Below, one piece after another: positions 58,617 to 64,000 of a stretch of DNA of 64,000 bases. Source of the stretch: Polyangium sp. (lineage in GTDB: Bacteria; Myxococcota_A; Polyangia; Polyangiales; Polyangiaceae); NCBI GenBank assembly GCA_044221885.1, contig JBGAOI010000001.1, positions 6,596-70,595 of the forward strand. Direction: 5' to 3'. The number at the start of each line of letters is the position of its first letter. The first letter of the stretch is position 1. Both the position numbers and the translations under genes were made by a program. The notes beneath the pieces were generated by a model. It ran no database searches. It saw only the letters and a list, made by a program, of their open reading frames with translations, and was not told the origin of the DNA.

Positions 58617-59186
58617 TTATTTCGTCAACGCGCCGAGCATCGATTTCGCGCGCATTCGGACACTTTCATCGGGGTCGTCTTCGGCCATTGGTTCGAGAAT
58701 TCCGGCAAATTGCGACCAACCCGTTTGTCCCATCGCATAAAGCGCCGCGTCTCGAGCTCGCGCCGAACGGTGATTCGCCAAATCCCCGAATGCACCAAAC
58801 ATTTCTGGATCGAATGGCAAACCATATACCCATACCGCCAACCTGAATGCAGCCCAAATGGCCTGGGTTTCATCCTTCGCTTCCGCAGCCAACTGGATCA
58901 CCTCCTCACGTTGGTAAATCGGAAACGCACTCTTCACCAGCATTGCCGCCTGCTGCACGTTCGGCCCCTGCAATTCGAACCAACGTTGCCCCAAACGATG
59001 ATCGTCCGTGTATCGAATACGGCAATCTTGCTGCGCCGTCGACCATTCGTACACAAGCGGCTGGTTGTCATCGCGCTCGATGCGATTCCACAAAAACCAA
59101 TACTGCGACGCAAACCGCCGCACCGTGTCGGTATCGACGGTCTCTTTGCACAACAACCGCACCCATTGCTGCTCGTTCGCGCTCAT
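58617..59186 (-). CDS. Hypothetical protein with C-terminal HEAT repeat
   Basis: ARDAALYAMG...DDPDESVR. Confidence 0.6.
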   Translation of the reverse strand: MSANEQQWVRLLCKETVDTDTVRRFASQYWFLWNRIERDDNQPLVYEWSTAQQDCRIRYTDDHRLGQRWFELQGPNVQQAAMLVKSAFPIYQREEVIQLAAEAKDETQAIWAAFRLAVWVYGLPFDPEMFGAFGDLANHRSARARDAALYAMGQTGWSQFAGILEPMAEDDPDESVRMRAKSMLGALTK

Positions 59187-59254
59187 GCCGTGGGCATCGT
59201 ACCCAACGTCACTCCCACGTCAATCAACGTCGCAGAAATGATCGCCCAAGATCA

Positions 59255-59288
59255 TATCGGTTTTGATAGTCGTTTATCCGATTGAATA
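59255..59288. promoter_or_regulatory. Candidate upstream activator sites: tandem TATC-N6-(G/A)ATA
   Basis: TATC-GGTTTT-GATA (59255-68) and TATC-CGATTG-AATA (59275-88), 20 bp apart, about -148 to -115 from the predicted +1. Confidence 0.45.
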
Positions 59289-59376
59289 AATTTATGCTTG
59301 TTGGTTCAAGGCGCCGTGGCGCAAAAACACGAGCCGTTCGACAAAATTCCCTGGCAACGACCCGCAACGACGACCT

Positions 59377-59392
59377 TGGCACAACGAATGCA
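59377..59392 (+). promoter_or_regulatory. Sigma54 -24/-12 promoter of the tRNA-like RNA
   Basis: TGGCACAACGAATGCA (GG-N10-GC); predicted +1 at G59403, 8 nt before the RNA 5' end. Confidence 0.75.
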
Positions 59393-59410
59393 ATAGCGTC
59401 TTGGCGTCAC

Positions 59411-59536
59411 GCCAGGATAGCTCAGTGGATAGAGCGCGTAATTCACCTTGGCCGGTATTCTCCGGTAACGGCAGTGATGGTCAGGGTTACTCCGCTTCGG
59501 TCGGCGAGGTCGCGGGTTCGATTCCCGTTCCTGGCA
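59411..59536 (+). ncRNA. tRNA-like RNA with a structured insert replacing the anticodon arm (candidate Y/YrlA-related RNA)
   Basis: Acceptor GCCAGGA/TCCTGGC plus A discriminator; TA; D arm GCTC-AGTGGATA-GAGC; AGGTC; T arm GCGGG-TTCGATT-CCCGT; 76 nt between D and T arms. Confidence 0.8.
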
Positions 59537-59541
59537 CCCCA

Positions 59542-59601
59542 ACAAACACCTCACGCCATGCGTCGCCGACACGATGCCTGGCGTGAGGGTCACCCGTTTG
59601 T
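59542..59601. other. Long hairpin immediately 3' of the tRNA-like RNA
   Basis: CCTCACGCCA/TGGCGTGAGG 10-bp stem, inner GCGTCG/CGATGC, outer ACAAAC/GTTTGT. Confidence 0.6.
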
Positions 59602-59649
59602 CACGTACATGCCACGTCGGACATGTTCGACAAATCATTGGTGCTCAAA

Positions 59650-60180
59650 TCATTGCTTGGATTGGATGGGCAAACGCACGCGTTCGAGCATCGTGCCCGC
59701 GTCGTCGTAGACCTGCACTTCAAGCTCGCCCGTATCGCTCGCTTGCAGCGTGTTGTAGCCCCACGTGCGAAACGACCATGATGGCTCGATCTCCAGCTTG
59801 AGCGGCGTACGCAGCTTGCCGTTCACCAAGAAGTCCACGTGCACGGTGCGTTTCTCATCGGAGCGATTACGCATCTTGAGGTGCGCGTAAACGCGCGTCC
59901 CCGGTGTCGCCGCCTTGAGTTTGTCCACGGGTTCTTTCTTCTCGACGTTCGATGTCACCGTCAGCGCAAGCAGCTCGACAGGCACACGAGCACGTTGTGT
60001 TTGCGCAGGAGTCGCAGCTTGCGTCGGTGACGCCGCCGTCGCGGAAGGCGCGGCGACATTTGTCGGTGGCGCTTTGTTACTCGCAACGGCTTGAGCTCCG
60101 TCTGCAGAACTTTCGTTGCATCCCCCGAGGCACAACCACACAACGAAGAGCGCACTGGTCAAACGGTAGATGTTCATCAC
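59650..60180 (-). CDS. DUF2914-like lipoprotein
   Basis: Lipobox LGGC; V..KEPVD, SWSFRTW, V.VYD..G motifs. Confidence 0.65.
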   Translation of the reverse strand: MMNIYRLTSALFVVWLCLGGCNESSADGAQAVASNKAPPTNVAAPSATAASPTQAATPAQTQRARVPVELLALTVTSNVEKKEPVDKLKAATPGTRVYAHLKMRNRSDEKRTVHVDFLVNGKLRTPLKLEIEPSWSFRTWGYNTLQASDTGELEVQVYDDAGTMLERVRLPIQSKQ

Positions 60181-60938
60181 TTCGTCTGTTCCTCGTAGCG
60201 GTTGTGAAGTTCAACAGGCGCTTGCTGACGCGTACGTAGCTTCATGTTGATCAGCTCGACACTCAGGGAGAACGCCATCGCGAAGTACACGTACGCCTTG
60301 TGAATGTGCTGCCTCATGCCTTCGGCAACGAGAAGCACGCCGATGAGCAGAAGAAAGCTCAAGGCCAAGATGCGCATGCTTGGGTGCTTATTGACAAACC
60401 GGCCGATGGCTCCAGCAAACAGGAGCATGATGAACACGGCGATGACGACAGCGGTCGACATGATGATGAGGTGCTGCGCCATGCCCACGGCCGTGATGAC
60501 CGAGTCGAGAGAAAACACGATATCGAGCAAGACGATTTGTACGACCGCAAAAGAAAATGAAATCCGCCGTTTCGGCGTGCCGTCTTCCGATGTTTCTACC
60601 TCGAGACGTTCGAACATCTCGTGGGTGCTCTTGGCGATGAGGAAAAGTCCACCACCGAGCAGGATCAGATCGCGTGCGCTGAAATCATGACCGAGCAACG
60701 TGAACAGATCCGCGGTCAAACCCATGACCCAGGTCAAGCCAAAGAGCAGACCCAAACGCATGAACAGAGCCAGCGACAAACCCAACGTCCGAGCGGCAGG
60801 CTGTTGCTTTTCTGGAAGCTTGTTCGTGGTGAGCGTAAGAAAAACGATGTTGTCGATGCCGAGAACGATCTCGAGCCCAGTGAGCGTTGCAAGGCTCGCC
60901 CAACTATCGGCATGTCTAAAAACTTCGAATGCGCTCAT
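60177..60938 (-). CDS. terC: TerC family membrane protein
   Basis: LEIVLGIDN, DIVFSLDSVITAVG, ALSFLLLIG. Confidence 0.92.
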   Translation of the reverse strand: MSAFEVFRHADSWASLATLTGLEIVLGIDNIVFLTLTTNKLPEKQQPAARTLGLSLALFMRLGLLFGLTWVMGLTADLFTLLGHDFSARDLILLGGGLFLIAKSTHEMFERLEVETSEDGTPKRRISFSFAVVQIVLLDIVFSLDSVITAVGMAQHLIIMSTAVVIAVFIMLLFAGAIGRFVNKHPSMRILALSFLLLIGVLLVAEGMRQHIHKAYVYFAMAFSLSVELINMKLRTRQQAPVELHNRYEEQTK

Positions 60939-60996
60939 GCTCTGACGTTCTTAACACGACTGTCAAAGGCGGGCCGAATCGTTGGCGAAGCGCGTC

Positions 60997-61788
60997 TCAT
61001 GCTGGAGGTGACGCCGGGGCCGCTCCATGCGCGTGGTCGGCAATCTCTCTGTGAAACGCGCGAAAGATCGACTCTTCCGGCCAATGAGGTGCACCCTCGA
61101 GCAAACTCGGCACGCGTGCATGCTCGCCGTGATCGATCGCCACGATGGCTGCGGCATACCGCATCGCCCAAAACACAAGCGGGCTTCGTTCACTGGCCCG
61201 TTCGAGCAACTCGCCATCACCTGGTTCGCTCTGATGCGCAAACGCCCGCGCAAACGCCCCAACCGCGACACGAATGCTGAGAATCCGATCGCGCATTGCG
61301 CGATCTCGACCTGGCAACGGCATACGCGCAAGACGTCGAGCTTGTTCCAAGGCAGCGTCGCGATCGCCTTCGAGCGTGAGCAAAATCGTGTCGAGAAAAA
61401 GTCGATGTTCGAGCGCTGCTTCCCAAGCAGGCCCTCGTTCTGCAGCCGCAAGCGCCGCTCGTGCACTCTCCACCCAACCATGCGCGGCAAATGCCGTCGC
61501 GGTCATGAGCGGCGCCATCGTCGCGGGATAAGGAATACGCTCGAGTGTACGAGACCAACTCTGAAGCACCGCAATGACGTTGCCGGATCGCAACACGCGA
61601 TGCAGTCGGCGACGTGAGTACCAACGCGACAAACCGGCCATGGCGACGGCCGCGAGCAGGAAGACTGCAATCAGCGGCTCGTGGACGGAATAACGAACGA
61701 CTGCCGCTGCCAACGCCGCGGACGCGATGAAGACGATCCAATAAAGGATGCGTCCGCCACTGCCGTCATCCGAGGAGAGAGGATCCAC
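60997..61788 (-). CDS. Hypothetical membrane protein (2 TM plus helical domain)
   Basis: Start moved to GTG 61788 because the longer ORF overlaps the SRP RNA. Confidence 0.6.
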   Translation of the reverse strand: MDPLSSDDGSGGRILYWIVFIASAALAAAVVRYSVHEPLIAVFLLAAVAMAGLSRWYSRRRLHRVLRSGNVIAVLQSWSRTLERIPYPATMAPLMTATAFAAHGWVESARAALAAAERGPAWEAALEHRLFLDTILLTLEGDRDAALEQARRLARMPLPGRDRAMRDRILSIRVAVGAFARAFAHQSEPGDGELLERASERSPLVFWAMRYAAAIVAIDHGEHARVPSLLEGAPHWPEESIFRAFHREIADHAHGAAPASPPA

Positions 61789-61859
61789 GATGAGTCCGTA
61801 GCGTACGAGTGCAAGCCGCGAGAGCAAGCTGCGAAGGTGTGAACGCCACAAAAAGAAAA

Positions 61860-61938
<79 letters not shown>

Positions 61939-62173
61939 ACATCACTTGTCATCACCGCTATCGTTCTTTCGATGCCGATATTGTTCGTCGCGATAAACCT
62001 TGCGGCTCACCGTGTGAACGCGGTGCAACGGCGACTTCGTAACTCATCCGATCGTGTCTGTCGAGAGGCACGATCAAAAATTTCCGGAGCTCGCGAGATT
62101 GCCGCAAGAGATTCGCCTGACGAACCGGTTTTCGATCGCTCGACCGGCACGAGCGTGGTAGCGCCGCGACGTC

Positions 62174-63493
62174 ATGAACTCTGCCCGTTCCTCTGGTCGT
62201 CGCGTTCTCGTGTTGGGCTCTGGCGCCCGTGAACATGCCTTGGCTTGCGCCCTCGCGCGTAGCCCGTCCACGTCCGAAGTCATCGTTGCACCAGGCAATG
62301 CAGGCACGGTTTGTCCGGCCACCGATCTCACTGCACCCATTCGCCGAGCTCATGCCGCATCGGACAAGCCCGACGCGATTGTCGATCTTGCTCGTCACGA
62401 ACATGTGGACCTCGTCGTGGTTGGTCCGGAAGCACTCCTCTGCGCGGGTGTCGCGGACGCGCTCGAAGCGGCAGGCATTCGCGTCTTCGGACCGTCGCAA
62501 CAAGCTGCTCGGCTCGAAGGTTCCAAAGCGTTCATGAAGGAGTTTGCCCAGCGTCATGGAATCCCAACAGCTCCCTTCAGCATCGTGAAAACGTTCGCCG
62601 AAGCAGAAGCGGAAATCCGACGGCGCGGTGCGCCCATCGTCGTCAAAGCGGATGGCCTGTGCGCCGGTAAAGGAGTCGTTGTTGCTCAAACGATCGACGA
62701 AGCGCTCGATGCAGCGCGCGAGATGCTGCTCGAACACCGATTTGGTCCGGCAGGACAAACTGTCGTGCTCGAAGACGTCATCCCCGGCGAAGAAGCGAGC
62801 GTTCTTGCGGTCACGGATGGAACGTCGTTCGTCACGTTGCCGGTCGCTCGTGATCACAAGCGAGCCTTCGATGGCGACAACGGACCGAATACGGGCGGCA
62901 TGGGTGTCTTTGCGCCATCGCCACATGTCTCTCGCACACTGCTCGAACGTATCGAGCGCGAAATTCTGCAACCAACGATCGATGGGATGCGTCGTGAAGG
63001 TCATCCCTTGCGAGGCGTGTTGTTCGCCGGAGTCATGATCACACCGAGTGGCGATCCGATGCTGCTCGAACACAACGTTCGCTTTGGCGATCCCGAGTGC
63101 GAAGCACTTCTGTCCCTGGTCGATGGCGATGTTGCCGAACTTTGCGCGTCGGTTGCTCAGGGCAAACTCAACGAGTCTGCCGTGCGTGTGGCTCAGGATC
63201 GTTGTGCTGTCGTCGTCGTGATGGCTGCTGCGGGGTATCCGACGTCTCCTCGTTCCGGTGACGTGATTGACGGCATGGATCGTGCGTCTGCGCGCCCGTT
63301 TGTCGCGGTGTATCACGCGGGCACACGCGCAACGGATCGAGGCATCGTGTCGTCAGGTGGACGCGTCCTTGCCGTGACGGCGACAGGTTCGTCCCTACGT
63401 GAAGCGCGCGAACGAGCCTACGAAGCCGTGACGGACATTTCGTTCGAGGGTGGCTTCTATCGGCGGGATATTGGCGCTTCGGTGTCATCCTGA
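62174..63493 (+). CDS. purD: Phosphoribosylamine-glycine ligase
   Basis: VLGSGAREHALA, APGNAG, VVGPE, LEGSK.FMK, KADGLCAGKGV, DHKRAFDGDNGPNTGGMG, NVRFGDPE, GGRVL. Confidence 0.98.
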   Translation: MNSARSSGRRVLVLGSGAREHALACALARSPSTSEVIVAPGNAGTVCPATDLTAPIRRAHAASDKPDAIVDLARHEHVDLVVVGPEALLCAGVADALEAAGIRVFGPSQQAARLEGSKAFMKEFAQRHGIPTAPFSIVKTFAEAEAEIRRRGAPIVVKADGLCAGKGVVVAQTIDEALDAAREMLLEHRFGPAGQTVVLEDVIPGEEASVLAVTDGTSFVTLPVARDHKRAFDGDNGPNTGGMGVFAPSPHVSRTLLERIEREILQPTIDGMRREGHPLRGVLFAGVMITPSGDPMLLEHNVRFGDPECEALLSLVDGDVAELCASVAQGKLNESAVRVAQDRCAVVVVMAAAGYPTSPRSGDVIDGMDRASARPFVAVYHAGTRATDRGIVSSGGRVLAVTATGSSLREARERAYEAVTDISFEGGFYRRDIGASVSS

Positions 63494-63601
63494 GCCGCGG
63501 TCGCGTCCGTACCTATACGACAAACCGCTCGACCCATTCCCCCAACGTCGTCATGCTTCGAGCAGTCCTTCGAGCTGCGGTGCGAAGGCAATGGTACGAC
63601 T

Positions 63602-64000
63602 TTGGAACCCATCATCGACCTCGCCCCTGGTGCTGAAGACAATGTGCTCGCCAATGAACTGGTGAAGCAGGTTCGTCGAAATGTAACGGATTCGCCCAAG
63701 AAAAACCGCGATTTCCGCACGCTTCGCGGTTCTGTGTTGGTCGTCGCGCAAGACACGCAGTCGGTGCTCACGCTGCGGTTCGATCATGGACGACTCACGG
63801 TTCATGAAGGCGCGGTGGGCATTCCATCGGTGACGCTTTGTGGGGACGAACAAGTTTTGCGGGACCTGACGCGGCTGAAGTTATCTTCCTGGCTGCGATT
63901 ACCAAAAGTGGTTATCCGCACAAAACGACACCCCCGCGACAAGTCTTTGTCGGACTTTGCCCGAGCAATCGCGGGGGAGCGCCTGACGGTGTACGGGGTG
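63602..64000 (+). CDS. Partial hypothetical protein, possibly SCP2/sterol-carrier-like
   Basis: Open frame from TTG: MEPIIDLAPGAEDN...VLTLRFDHGRLTVHEG..., running off the window end. Confidence 0.5.
   Translation, partial: MEPIIDLAPGAEDNVLANELVKQVRRNVTDSPKKNRDFRTLRGSVLVVAQDTQSVLTLRFDHGRLTVHEGAVGIPSVTLCGDEQVLRDLTRLKLSSWLRLPKVVIRTKRHPRDKSLSDFARAIAGERLTVYGV

Noticed and set aside
55979-59186. Prophage or integrative element integrated at the tRNA-like gene
   Set aside because: No integrase, no duplicated tRNA 3' end (att site) noticed, and no phage genes.
59411-59536. Ordinary tRNA, tRNA-Sec, tmRNA or group I intron-containing tRNA
   Set aside because: No canonical anticodon arm; 7/5 rather than 8/5 stems and no UCA anticodon (not Sec); has a D stem, no G3-U70 pair and no tag ORF (not tmRNA); the insert is far too short for a self-splicing intron.
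59282-59710. ORFs overlapping the tRNA-like locus on both strands
   Set aside because: Atypical composition; they overlap the promoter and the structured RNA.
61940-62173. Purine, ZTP or PRPP riboswitch upstream of purD
   Set aside because: None of the conserved aptamer motifs could be recognised by eye; only one isolated hairpin is present.
61958-63316. 452-aa minus-strand ORF
   Set aside because: Antisense shadow of purD.

Overview
A roughly 59% GC chromosomal segment whose gene content points to a myxobacterium, probably Polyangiaceae. The evidence is multiple Ser/Thr kinases, FHA- and sigma54-type activators, a TIGR02266-type PilZ protein, MYXO-CTERM and MopE-repeat proteins, and STAS fusions; this is inference, not a database result. 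In order, the window holds the end of an exopolysaccharide cluster, secreted and signalling modules, uvrC, dtd, addAB, a NADAR gene, a complete rtcA-rtcB / rtcR RNA-repair locus, terC, the SRP (4.5S) RNA gene and purD. The most notable signal is a 126-nt tRNA-like RNA at 59411-59536. It has canonical acceptor, D and T arms, but the anticodon arm is replaced by a large structured insert that resembles the Ro60-binding helix of Y RNAs. It has its own sigma54 -24/-12 promoter and tandem upstream palindromes, and lies about 4.3 kb from rtcR, whose target rtcB has a matching sigma54 promoter. Other points are a sigma54-transcribed pseudo-activator, secreted tail-fibre-like HxH proteins, a MITE-like element next to rtcA, and several proteins with degenerate catalytic motifs. 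All calls come from motif reading by eye.
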